Source: Squalus acanthias
Taxonomy: Eukaryota
Length of the DNA stretch: 64,000 nt
Reading direction: 5' to 3'
NCBI GenBank assembly: GCA_030390025.1
Contig: CM059431.1
Coordinates: forward strand, 111,416,001 to 111,480,000
In this document: positions 12,076 through 23,745 of the stretch, in pieces
Position numbering within the stretch: position 1 is the first letter of the stretch
How the letters are laid out: each line of letters starts with the position of its first letter
Program-made: the position numbers and the translations under genes
Notes under the pieces: model-generated
What the model was told of the DNA's origin: nothing
What the model saw: only the letters and a program-made list of their open reading frames with translations
Database searches by the model: none

Positions 12076-13107
12076 AAAAGGGTTACATTATGAGGACAGG
12101 CTGCATTGACTAGGCTCTCAATGGCAATGGCAGCTGTCTGGTACCTCATCCACGTGGCCATTCTTCCTATTTGAGCCTAGACAATCTGTGTTATGAACCA
12201 TCTGAACATGCTGGTGGGTGGGCATCACTATCAAACTCAATCTTATTCTCACTTGGCATCCACAAACTTAAGAGCCCGGTTTCCACAGGGTTTAAATCAA
12301 ACCTATGCTGTTTCCAAGAGGGATCATTGGTCAGTAATCGAGACTGGGAACTGTGGCTGACTTGTTATTTAAATCTTCCTATCCTATTGATAGTAAGGTT
12401 AATTTTAGTGCCCCCAATGCCCCAGGTTTAAAGATACATGTCTGGAATTTCCACGGGGATTGTCTCAATCATCTGCTAACTTCAACGGAAAGTCTGGAGA
12501 AATGGCTGTTTACACCAGGAGATAGGGAGAACTCCCCTGGAAATTCTGCTCCACAGTTTTCAACTTGGGTGTTGCGCTGGATTTGTACGGTAGAACTTTA
12601 ACATTTAAAAATAAAGTAACTGCAGTCAAGTCTTTTAAGGTTGCCACTTATGTAACTTGCTTGTAATACACATTTTTGGAATTTTCTGTTGTTTTGCATT
12701 GTATGATAATACTGACTTATTTTATGGCATGTTAGCATTTAACAGTCATTGGCGAATTACTTTAAGTATTTGTAATGGAAAATGTTGCACAATATTATCA
12801 CGCTAGACTATACTTCTGACAACAGCTATGTTTTTTTCTATTTGGCTTTGCAATGTTTAAGTAGTCTGAGTAGATCTAAATTCCAGATACAATAAAAAGG
12901 GTTCAGTCACAGTGGGCAATCTGGCAGACTCCTGCTTTGATTAGACCCACCCCTAGCATTATTATCTAAACTTTCCAATCGAGCTCCGTGTTGGGAACAC
13001 GCATCAGAAAATCGGCCCTATACGCTCCGTGACTGCAGAGAAATCCTCTTCACCCAGCTGAGCACAGGCAGGCAGTTCAAATCGGCAGGTCTTCCACCAA
13101 CATCCTC

Positions 13108-13732
13108 ATAGAAACATAGAAACATAGAAAAATAGGAGCAGGAGTAGGCCATTCGGCCCTTCGAGCCTGCTCCGCCATTCAATATGATCATGGCTGATCC
13201 TCTATCTCAATACCATATTCCCACTCTCTCCCCATACCCCTTGATGCCTTTTGTGTCTAGAAATCTATCTATTTCCTTCTTAAATATATTCAGTGACTTG
13301 GCCTCCACAGCTGTCTGTGGTAGAGAATTCCACAGGTTCACCACCCTCTGAGTGAAGAAATTTCTCCTCATCTCAGTCCTAAATGTCCTACCCCGTATCC
13401 TGAGACTGTGACCCCTCGTTCTAGACCCCCCCAGCCCGGGGAAACATCCTCCCTGCATCCAGTCTGTCTAACCCTGTCAGAATTTTATACGTTTCAATGA
13501 GATCCCCACTGATTCTTGTAAACTCTAATGAATACAGGCCTAGTCGACCCAATCTCTCCTCATACGACAGTCCTGCCATCCCAGGAATCAGTCTGGTGAA
13601 CCTTCGCTGCACTCCCTCTATGGCAAGTATATCCTTTCTTAGGTAAGGAGACCAAAACTGCACACAGTACTCCAGGTGTGGTCTCACCAAGGCCCTGTAC
13701 AACTGTAGTAAGACATCCTTGCTCCTGTACTC
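13108..13732 (-). mobile_element. CR1 3' fragment
   Basis: ORFs 13207-13458 and 13421-13783 match the CR1 RT C-terminus; tail CATAGAAACATAG. Confidence 0.92.
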
Positions 13733-13870
13733 ATTTACATCCAAACTACAAATTTTCCACCTGGTCATAAATCTTACCAACACCCAAACAATTCCCTTCC
13801 AAAGTGTCCCATTGCTAAAAGACTCCTGTCTCTGAAAAGACAGATAAGTCTCCGAACACTACCACTCAAC

Positions 13871-14161
13871 TAGGGTTGCCAACCCTTCAGGATTGACCTG
13901 GAATCTCCAGGAATTAAAGATTAATCTTCTGGACACTACTCCTAGCAACCCAGGAGAAAAATCATAGGAGCATTAAAAAGAACTGGGTGTATTTTTCATT
14001 TTCTTTGAACACTTTTGTTTATTGGTTATAAAAATAATGGAGATGGGGAGAAAAGGTTGTTTGACCGGGTGGGGGGGAGGGTGGGCTGGGGAGGGGTTTG
14101 GTGGCAGGAGGTCATGTGATGAAACCTCCAGGAATACATCCAATCAGAGTTGGCGACCCTA
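13871..14161. mobile_element. hAT-like MITE
   Basis: TIRs TAGGGTTGCCAAC / GTTGGCGACCCTA; flanking 8-mers CACTCAAC / CACACAAC (7/8 identical). Confidence 0.8.
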
Positions 14162-14711
14162 CACACAACACAGAAAAAAATTAGACCACAATAATGAGGA
14201 GAATGCTGGCCTGAGTTGCCACTGCGTTCCTCAAGAAACATGGTGGCTTCAGTGTTAGACCGTTGCGGAGACGGTAGGGCCATGTTCCCGACACGGAGCT
14301 CGATGGAAAATTTTAGTCGTCAGGCCCTTGACGTCCTGTTACGTGCTCCCGGTGGGTCAAGCTCTACCTCAGGAAAGTACATTCGGAATATCATCCCTTA
14401 CATTATAATATCAGTACAGAAATGGTACCATGGAAAGGCACAAATGGATAGAAGCATAACAACCTGGCACTGCAACGTAAACTAATTATTTCAGCACTGC
14501 GTTAGTACCAGCACTGATTGCGGTTTCATTTCAAAATAGGCTCTTATCTCCTCAATCAGCTCTTTTATCCATGCAACCAAAACAAGATATTTTCAGGCTA
14601 TCCAACACTATAATTATTGTATAAATTGTGGCAGATTCCATCTGTCCAGGTCCACCTTCAATGTTACTAAATAGGCTCTTGTTACACAACAATGTCCAGG
14701 CATAATACCAA

Positions 14712-16450
14712 GGCTGCGATTTTGCCGGCGCTCAGCGGATGGGACGGGTGGCGGGTCAGCTGTGAAATTTAAAATGATTGACGGTGGGTCGGGAACGCGC
14801 ACACCTGCATTTCCCGATGTCGGGTCTGCAGGCGCTGAGCAGACCCGACAGGCAGCGGCGGGGGACCCAATTCAAATCATTAGTGGCTTATTACAGCCAC
14901 TTAACAATGCTTTTTTTCCTAGCTTTTTGAATTTGACAGGTCGCCCACCGGTTTCCCGCTGTGCCTAGACCTCGTCTGTGAAGCTGAGGTGGGAGGTCAG
15001 TGGCCATTGAATCAGCTGATGAGTTGACAGTTTCAAATATCAAGTCAAAGCTCCCAGCTGAGTGAGACATGTTCCCTTAACCACTAGATTCTCTAAACTG
15101 CATTTCCACTACAGATTCAGAATGCTACAAGTCTTTACACAAGTCTCCATCCAGTCTGACCTCATAACCCTTCCACCATTGCCAGATCGCTTCTGTCATC
15201 TCTATTTCACCTGCCATCTATTCCATCAGCATGGGTGCACTTTATACTCTCTCACCTTGGTCCTCAGAATTTGACCACTATCAGCCCCAACACCAGCATC
15301 ACCAGGCACACCAGCAGCACTAACATCAACACCAACCTTCTCTGCAATCACCTGATGCTGCACAAGACAGAGGGCATCAGCACCCGACCACATTGCTGCC
15401 TGGGACATTGGCCACATTTACTTCACTTGACACTGCACACCCTGGCTGCCACATGATGCGCCAGGTTGGCACCACCCCACACCAACAACATAAAGCATCC
15501 CTACAATGACCAAGCCATTCCTTTCAGACTCATCAGCATTGCAGGGGTATCGTTTTGTCTCACCATTCACTGCAACTTACTAAGCCACTTTCAAAGGTGC
15601 ACACAAATCTGTCCAAGAACGCAAAGTGTTGAAAATAAAGATTTCAATGTTTGACAGCACATTAACAGAAACTTCACATGAACATTGTCTAAAACACCCA
15701 AGTGCCTACCCTTGTATGTTGTTAGTTGGTATGATTGGACTAGGATGAGGGTGAGTCTGAGGGGTGGCTCGTGAGATGGGGATGTGATAATGTAGATAGA
15801 GAGGGATGGGTGGAAGTACAAGGTAAGTTGGTGTGAGTAAGAATGTGCAGGATTAGGGTAGGGAAGGCAGAGTGATGGGGATGTGATGAGTGGCACAGCA
15901 GGATGAGGTTGAATGTGGCTTTGCAGTAACGTATCGTGATCTACTGAGATCATTGAAAGGTTTGCGCCACTGCAGCCTGGTCCTCCTGACGACATCCCTG
16001 CTTGTGTCCTCCTGTGCAATGTGCAACCAGGCTGCATTGGTCTCCTGGGGAGGTCTCTTTCGCTCATTGGAAGAGAAGAGAATCTCCCTGCGTGCTGTGA
16101 CTCCCTCCATAAGCATATGGAGGGAGTCATGGGAGAGCCTGGGTGCAGCCGTGCACCTCTGTGCAGTGCTTGTCAGTGTTTGCAGCAACTCAATGCTGTA
16201 GAACACTGACAGCACAAATGTCAAAGTAAATTTGCGCATGGTCCCTTTAAGGAAACCGGCTGATGACACGTCATCAAATGACGTCACCAGACTCGCTTCC
16301 TCTAATTGGCTGGGAAACGCGCTGTGCGGGCTGAACAAGCCCAATCAAGGGAAAGCCATGTCGGAGGCCGGTATGGAGTCAGTAGCGGGGCCGTGATCCG
16401 CCACCGACGTCACCCGCCACGGACCCGTCGAGGTAGGGAAAATCGCGGCC
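14712..16450. mobile_element. Non-autonomous Harbinger deletion derivative with Myb/SANT-like remnant
   Basis: TIRs GGCTGCGATTTT / AAAATCGCGGCC with flanks CAA / TAA; minus-strand APRLSHDSLHMLMEGVTARREILF...AWLHIA...RTRLQWRKPFNDL; plus-strand MGALYTLSPWSSE at 15231. Confidence 0.8.
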
Positions 16451-16837
16451 TAAGTGTTTGGAAACAGAAATTTCTTGGTTGAATCAGAACTATAGAGCAT
16501 TGCCTACTCCAATCTCTATACCCTTGGCTGGATGGAGATAGCGGAGAGGTGAGTAGTTATGATTAATTGAAGAGGAACAAAGCAAATGGTGGGAAGAAGA
16601 ATCAATTCTAGGGACAACCATTTTTAGCATATTAGCATATAAGGGGAAGCTAGAAAGGCACGAAGGAGAAAGAAATAGAAGGATATGTGGATAAGGTTAG
16701 ATGAAGAGGAACAGAAGGAAACTCATGCCGGTATTGACCAGTTGGGCCGAATGGCCTGTTTCTTTGCTATGACTCTATGTACATGAATTTACATTGAATT
16801 AAATATTCTAACTCACACTTCCTGGTTTAGACTCTGC

Positions 16838-18427
16838 GGGGGGAATTTTAACCCCAAAAACGGGTGGGTTGGGGTTGGGTAGCAGGTTAAAGAGTTAAGG
16901 GGAAAAATTTGGTTGCTTTGCGCCTCCTGTTAGTGCCCTAAGAGGGCGCCAACGGGGCTCAAAGTAACTAGGGCCCGGGCGCGGTGCCACCATGACCTCA
17001 CGCGAAATTTAGCGGGAGGTTAGCGGCGGCGGTAACCGTTAGCGCCCCACGGCACTGCGCCGCCGGCGATGACGTCATCGCTGTGCACAGCGCCCCGGCC
17101 GCGATCTTCGGTGGCGCCCCCCCCGACTTACCGCCGTACGCTATGTCCGACGGGGTCAGGGGGGCCTACCGGCGGCCGGGGCGGCGCTAGTTAAAGGGGA
17201 GGTGGCGGGCGGCCATTTTTGTTGCTGGCTGCCTACCAGCACCTGCCCTCATTGCCATCCCCGGCCCCCATGAAGACCCCCCCGCAGGGTGCCGGCACTC
17301 CCGATCCCTGGTGGCCCAGCTGGGCGCCGGGACGCGCTGCGCCAGGCCCCTCCCCGTTAAGAAGGGGAGGAAGGCCTGCAGTACTGCGGCGCGACGTGCC
17401 GCGATATTCCCTCGCTTCCCTCTTGGGGCACTACCATTCAATTTTGGCCATGGGAACGCTAATTTTTTCAGGGCGCTACTTTTAGCGCCCTGGCGAAGTT
17501 AGCACCCCAAATGGGGCACGACTCAAATTCTCCCCCTAAAAATCTGAATCCCGACCCCAACCCGCCTCCAACCCATCCACTTCCCGTTTTAACGGAGGTG
17601 GGACAGGGGTGGGCAGCCAACCCGCTCGCAGGAGGCAGGTTGGTAATTTAAATATTATAATGAGGGTGCGTGCCTCATGATGATCCACCATTTTAAACTT
17701 AACTGTGGGCGGACGGGTTTCCCAGGCTTCAAGGAACCTGCCAGCTAAAGGAAGGCAAGGACTGCTGGATCCAGGAGGTAAGTGCCGTTCCACTTATCTG
17801 CTGGATCCACCGTTCCTTCCTCGCCAACACCCCACAATCACCCTTCCAATCACCTCCCGACCTTCCCCCCAAGGCCTCTGACACGCCACCTCCCCCCCCA
17901 CCCCCACAAGGCCTCCGATCTCTGATGCCCCCCTCCGGCCTTCTGAACCCCCACCCCCGGCCTCCAATCCCCACTCCAGCCTCCAATCCCCAGCCTACGA
18001 TCCCCCCTTGGGCCCTCCGACACCTCCACCCCCTTCCAGCCTTCGGACCCCCCTGCCCCAGCCCCCAACCCCCTTCCCTCCAGCCTCCAATTCCCCCTCC
18101 TGACTCCAATCTGCAACCCCGGACCACACCTCGAACCTCCAGCCCCCGGCCCTGCCGACGATCTGCAGCCCCTGACACCCTCTGAAGATCCTCCAGCCTT
18201 CTGACTCCCCCACCACCCCCCCCATTCCTCCCTCCCTCCTCTCTGTGGCCTGGTGCCACAGGCCTACCTCTGCATATGGCTGGCTGCAGGGGGGGAAACA
18301 GAGATTCAAAATGTTAATCAGGCCCTGCCGTTGAATTCAGCGGGGCCTGAGGGAAACCCATTCTCCTGGGTTTCCCGACCACATTGCAGCCCCCACTCCC
18401 TACCCATCTCCAAATTAAAATCCGGCC
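16838..18427. mobile_element. Harbinger-like MITE family B hosting a nested MITE
   Basis: Ends GGGGGGAATTTTAA / TTAAAATCCGGCC; similar to the element at 3418; C-rich interior. Confidence 0.65.
16899..17536. mobile_element. Harbinger-type MITE family A
   Basis: TIRs GGGGAAAAATTTG / CAAATTCTCCCCC; TAA target-site duplication at 16896-98 and 17537-39. Confidence 0.85.
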
Positions 18428-19173
18428 TATGTAACTCTATATAATCAAAAACCACATCAGGGGCATTCAAAAGTTACTGAATATACTAGTGATCCAATGA
18501 CTCAATAAATTTACAAAGAAGGTCTCAGATTCTCAGATTGGACCTTGATCAGTGCTGATTTCACTGGGTCAGGGGTTGGGGTACTACAATTGGCTGCAGT
18601 GTCACTGGGCTATGAGAGGGAATGAAAATAGTCGAATGTGCACTCCTCAGCATCCACTGCTTACTCCTGCATATGTTGGCATCATGTGGATACTAGATTG
18701 GGTTCAACTTTGATTGGCTTCCCAATTGAATAGTCCACCAACATTCTTGTCCAGGCTCACAGCTGGTGATGGCCCCTCGGGTAAGGTATAATAGGTGGGT
18801 ACTACTCATCAAACTGAACTCCAATATGAGGGGAGAAGAGAGATAAGGGCAAAACAATATGTGGGGGGGGGGGGGGGGGCGTGGGCGCGTGGGGAATGAA
18901 TGTATTAGTATTTCACCAGGAGATTCTACTTCAAAATGAATCACCCAGAGTGAAATGTCTTTAGTAAAATTTCTCTTAACAACCATCATTATGCCACATC
19001 TTAGCAAGTAATACTAATTTATTTATAGTTAATAAATTATCTATCTAAATTCGTCATTCAGACAACAAATCTGATTAAATTCAATTTACATTTTAAAATG
19101 TAATTGTGTGCAGATCAGTCCTTCAAGATCAAAATCATGATCATCTTTACAGCAATAAAATAAATGATCAGTT

Positions 19174-19397
19174 TGTTGAGGCTGCCGCGAAACACGAATG
19201 GAGGCTGAATCCATATGTGGAAAACAAGAAACTTTTATTCACTGCATGCTATTACAAAATGTCTGAGAAAGCTGCTCCCAGAATTCTCTGGGTAAAACCT
19301 GAGGCTCCGCCCCCTTCTGCCTTAAAGGGAAGGGGCTGGAAATTTGTCCACAGACGGAAGAGTGGATTATGCCCGTTTTAGGTGGCGATCCGCCACA
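19174..19397 (-). repeat. 3' LTR (224 bp)
   Basis: Matches 23271-23516 apart from 4 substitutions and a 22-bp duplication; G-rich PPT adjacent at ~19401-19408. Confidence 0.95.
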
Positions 19398-19417
19398 CAG
19401 CTCCCCCCAGAATCCGC

Positions 19418-22400
19418 TTAGGAGGTGTGGACGAGACGGTGCGGCGGTCTGATGGGCCGGCCGGAGCGGCTCTTGTAGGACGCCGGTGGACGTGGGACGG
19501 CCAGGCGTGGAGCAGCCGGGTGAACCGGCTTGAGGGCAGGTCGGCCGCGTGGAGGTGGACGAGCTACAGGGACCTGCACCCCGGGCTCCGAGTGTGCTGG
19601 CTTGAGTCGGTCCACCGACACTTTTTCGGTCCTGTCACCCACTTGCAGGGTGAAAAATTTGTCCCCAGCCTGTAGCACCTTGTAGGGCCCATCGTACGGG
19701 GGTTGAAGGGGTCCGCGGTGGGCGTCGTGCCGGACGAAAACGAACCATGCCTGGTGCAGGCTTAGTGGGACGTGTGAGGTGGATTCGCCGTGTTGGGCAA
19801 TGGGCACCGGGGCGAACTGCAGCGCTGGTGAGGCGAAGTTGTGGCGTTGCTGGTCGGCATACCAGGGTGTCGTGGCGGTGGGCAGGAACTCGCCGGGTAC
19901 GCGCAGCGGCTGACCGTTCACGAGCTCTGCTGCCGATGCATGGAGGTCTTCTTTAACCGCGGTGCGCAGGCCAAGGAGGACCCACGGAAGTCGGTCAGTC
20001 CAGGCGCCATCTTGGAGGCTGGCTCGAAGAGATGCCTTCAAGGATCTGTGGAACCGCTCACACAGTCCGTTGGCTTGGGGGTGGTACGCTGTGGTGCGGT
20101 GGATGGTCACCCCGAGATTGCGTGCGACGGCGGTCCAGAGTTCAGAGGTAAATTGCGGACCTCTGTCCAACGTCATGTCGGAGGGGACGCCGAACCGTGC
20201 GACCCAGGTGCTGACGAAGGCTTTGGCGATGTCGGCGGTGGTGGTAGAGGTCAGTGGAATTGCCTCAGGCCAGCGTGTGGTGCGGTCAACGATGGTCAGC
20301 AAGTGCGTGTGGCCTTGCGACGGCAGCAGGGGCCCGACGATGTCCACGTGGATGTGGTCGAATCTCCGCGAGGGTACGGTAAACTCCTCGAGGGGTGCTT
20401 TCGTGTGTTGCTGTACCTTGGCACGTTGGCAGGATAGGCAGGAGTTGGCCCAAGTACGCACATCCTTGCGAAGTCCGCGCCAGACAAAGCGGTTGGCTAC
20501 CAATTTGATGGATGTGCGGGCGCCGGGGTGGGAGAGGTTGTGGAGAATGTCGAATATCCAGCGGCGCCAGGACGCTGGGACGACGGGCCGAGGTTGACAT
20601 AGGGATGTGTCGCACTTGACCGTGACTGCGGTCGGGCCACAGGCGACGTCGGCCAGGCGTAGCCCTGGTAGGTTGGTGGATGCGGAGAGCAGATCCGGGT
20701 CGGTGATCTGGTCTGCTGCAAGTTGAGCGTAGTCGACTGCTAGGTGTGCGGCGTGGATGGCGGGGCGGGAGAGGCAGTCGGCTACCACATTGTCTCGGCC
20801 GGAGACGTGTTCGATGTCCGTGGTGAACTCGGACACTGCCGCGAGCTGGCGCTGCTGCCTGGCGGACCAGGGGTCGGTTGTCTTTGCCATTGAGAATGTC
20901 AGGGGCTTGTGGTCGACAAACGCAGTGAAGGGGTGGCCCTCAAGCAAAAACCGGAAAAGGCGGACCGCCAGGAACAGCGCGAGGAGCTCGCGGTCGAAGG
21001 TGCTGTACTTGACCTCCGGGGGGCGTAGTTGGCGGCTGAAGAAGGCAAGTGGTTGCCAGGCGCCGTCGATCCACTGCTCATACACGGCGCCGACCGCGTG
21101 GTCGGAGGCGTCCGTGGTGAGCGCTACCCTGGCATTGGGCCGTGGGTGCGCGAGCAGGGTGGTGTTGGCGAGCGCAGTCTTGGTGGAATCGAAGGCGGCG
21201 GACGCATCTGCCGTCCATTCGACCGCCATCTTGCCGCTCCTGCCCCGGAGGGCTTCATACAGGGGCCTCATGAGGGACGCCGCTTTGGGGATGAAGCGGT
21301 TATAGAAATTCACCATCCCGAGGAACTCCTGGAGGCCTTTGATGGTGGTGGGGCGGGGAAATTGTTGGACGGCCTGCACCTTGGTGGGCAGGGGAATGGC
21401 CCCAGCATGGGTGATGTGGTGGCCGAGGAAGTCGATCTTGTCCAGGCCGAACTGGCATTTGGCTGGGCTGCGGATGAGCCCATGGTCGCTGAGGCGCCCG
21501 AACAGGATGCGAAGGTGTTCGAGGTGTTCCTGCTTGGAGGAACTGGCTACCAGGATGTCGTCCAGGTAGACGAACAGGAACTTCAGGTCCCGAAGGACCG
21601 AGTCCATGAGCCGTTGGAATGCCTGGGCTGCGTTTTTGAGGCCGAAGGGCATCCGCAGGAACTTGAACAGGCCGAAGGGGGTGATTACGGCCGTCTTGGG
21701 GACGTCCGCGGGGTGGACGGGGACTTGGTGGTAGCCGCGTACCAGGTCGACCTTGGAAAAGACTGAGTGGCCGGCCAGTCTAGCCGAGAAGTCCTGAATG
21801 TGTGGCACGGGGTACCGATCAGGGGTGGTGGCGTCATTGAGGTGGCGGTAATCCCCGCAGGGGCGCCAACCCCCGCCTGGTTTGGGGGCGATGTGGAGTG
21901 GGGAGGCCCAGGGACTGTTGGAGCGGCGGATGATGCCGAGCTGTTCCATGGTGGCAAACTCGGTCCGCGCGATCTCCAGTTTGGCCGGGTCCAGCCTGCG
22001 GGCGTGGGCGTACACTGGGGGGCCTGTGGTGGGGATGAAGTGTTCCACCCCGTGTTTGGCGGCCTCCGTGGAGAAGGTCGGATTGGTAAGGGCCGGGAAT
22101 TCGGCCAGGAGTGCCGAGTAGTCATCCGTGGCCCGGGCGTGGCACTGTGACGCCATGTCGGCGGGTTGACGGGGGGCCATGGCGCCGAGGATGGGGGACA
22201 TGGTGTTCATGTCCACGAGGCGGTGACGAGGGATATCTACCAGTAAGCCGTGGGCACACAGGAAATCTGCGCCGATGAGGGGGGAGAGCACCTTGGCAGT
22301 GATGAACTCCCATCGGTAGCGGTGACCAGCGAGGTCGAGGGTGACTGTCCGGGTGCCATACGTCCGGATTTCCGAGCCGTTAGCAGCAGCCAGCGCCGGT

Positions 22401-23230
22401 CCTCGTTCGCCCTTTTGGATGTCGAGGGAGGAGGCCGGGATGATGCTGTGCTGAGCCCCAGTGTCGCACATGAACCGGCGGCCGGTTTTGTCATCCGTGA
22501 CGAACAGCAGGGAGCCCGCGTGGCCCACGGCCATCGCGGGGGCTGGAACGGGGGCGGACTTGAAAGAGCAAGGAGGTGTGCACCATTGTGCCCTGGCGCC
22601 GAACCGTGCGTGGTAGTAACAGTGGCCTGGGTTAGTGGGGCGTGAAGGCCCCGTGGGCCTGGTGACAGGCCCTTGTGGCCGCGGGCTGGATGGTGAGGGG
22701 CGCGCCCAGGCATTGGCTGCCAGGTCCGGAGTGATGTCGCGGCTGGAGTGAGCGGACAGCAGCTTGTCGGCCTCATCGGCCAGGGCTTCCAGGTTCGTGA
22801 GGCCGGACGCCACGATCGCTGGGCGGATGCTGAGAGGGAGCTGGCGGATGAACAGCGTGCGGAAGAGGGATCCGGGTGGGCTCTCGTCGGTGAGGGAGAG
22901 CATGTGGGAGAGGAGGTCTGACGGTGAGGCATCACCGAGGCCTGGAAGGTCGAGGAGGTGGCAGTTTCACTGATATGCCGAGGCCGTAAATTTTTTAAGG
23001 AGCGCTGTTCTGAGATGTGCGTACTTGCCTTCCTCTGGTGGGTTCTGCAGCGTTGTCCAAACCTTGGAAACTGCGACGCTACTGAGTGATGTGACGAGAT
23101 AGCCGTACTTCGTCCCATCTGTGGTGATATTTCGCAGCCGGAAGCGAGATTCAGCTTGGAGAAACCAGGCTTCGGGCTGGTTTTCCCAAAACTCCGGCAG
23201 TTTCACGAAAACTGCGTTCGTGTCCACCAT
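19418..23230 (-). pseudogene. Gag-Pol polyprotein, single frame with one premature TGA at 22967-22969
   Basis: ORFs 22967-23230 and 19418-22903 are in the same frame. Motifs: gag CYYHARFGARAQWCTPPC, protease DTGA, RT YLDD, RNase H TDAS, integrase HHCC and D-D-E, GPY. Confidence 0.93.
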
Positions 23231-23255
23231 TGCAGTGCTCGGAATACGTTCTGAG

Positions 23256-23269
23256 CGTCGGGGTCACCA
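23256..23269 (-). other. Primer-binding site complementary to tRNA-Trp
   Basis: TGGTGACCCCGACG starts 1 nt inside the 5' LTR and is complementary to the 3' end of vertebrate tRNA-Trp. Confidence 0.85.
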
Positions 23270-23270
23270 A

Positions 23271-23516
23271 TGTTGAGGCTGCCGCGAAACACGAATGGAG
23301 GCTGAATCCATATGTGGAAAACAAGAAACTTTTATTCACTGTATGCCATTACAAAATGTCTGAGAAAGCTGCTCCCAGAATTCTCTGGGTAAACTCCCAG
23401 AATTCTCTGGGTAAAACCTGAGGCCCCGCCCCCTTCTGCCTTAAAGGGAAGGGGCTGGAAATTTGTCCACAGACGGAAGAGTGGATTATGCCCGTTTTAG
23501 GTGGCGATCTGCCACA
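23271..23516 (-). repeat. 5' LTR (246 bp)
   Basis: TG...CA ends; tandem duplication of CTCCCAGAATTCTCTGGGTAAA. Confidence 0.95.
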
Positions 23517-23527
23517 AGTTCAATGAA

Positions 23528-23745
23528 AAAAACTGTAGATGCTGGGAATCTGAAACAAAAACAAAAAATGCTGAAATCACTCAGCTTATCACTTGACAGC
23601 TCCTCTTTGTCTTTTCCTCTTCCCTTTCCCTCACTCGGTTCCTTCTTACTAACTGTTCGCCTTTAATATCTCTCAGTTCTGATGAAGAGCAATTGCCTGA
23701 AATGTTAACTTTGCTTCTCTCCGCAAGTGACCAGTTAATCTCTTT
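23528..23745. mobile_element. Degenerate Penelope-derived short element
   Basis: Similar to the 54285-56170 hairpin family; contains CTGATGAAG...GAAA. Confidence 0.45.

Larger units (their letters stand above)
19174..23516 (-). mobile_element. Full-length Ty3/Gypsy LTR retrotransposon, CsRn1-like clade
   Basis: TG...CA LTRs at 19174-19397 and 23271-23516; 4-bp TSD AGTT (19170-73, 23517-20); PBS, PPT and gag-PR-RT-RH-IN order. Confidence 0.97.

Noticed and set aside
19747..23118. Many long antisense and alternate-frame ORFs
   Set aside because: Shadows of the GC-rich gag-pol frame.
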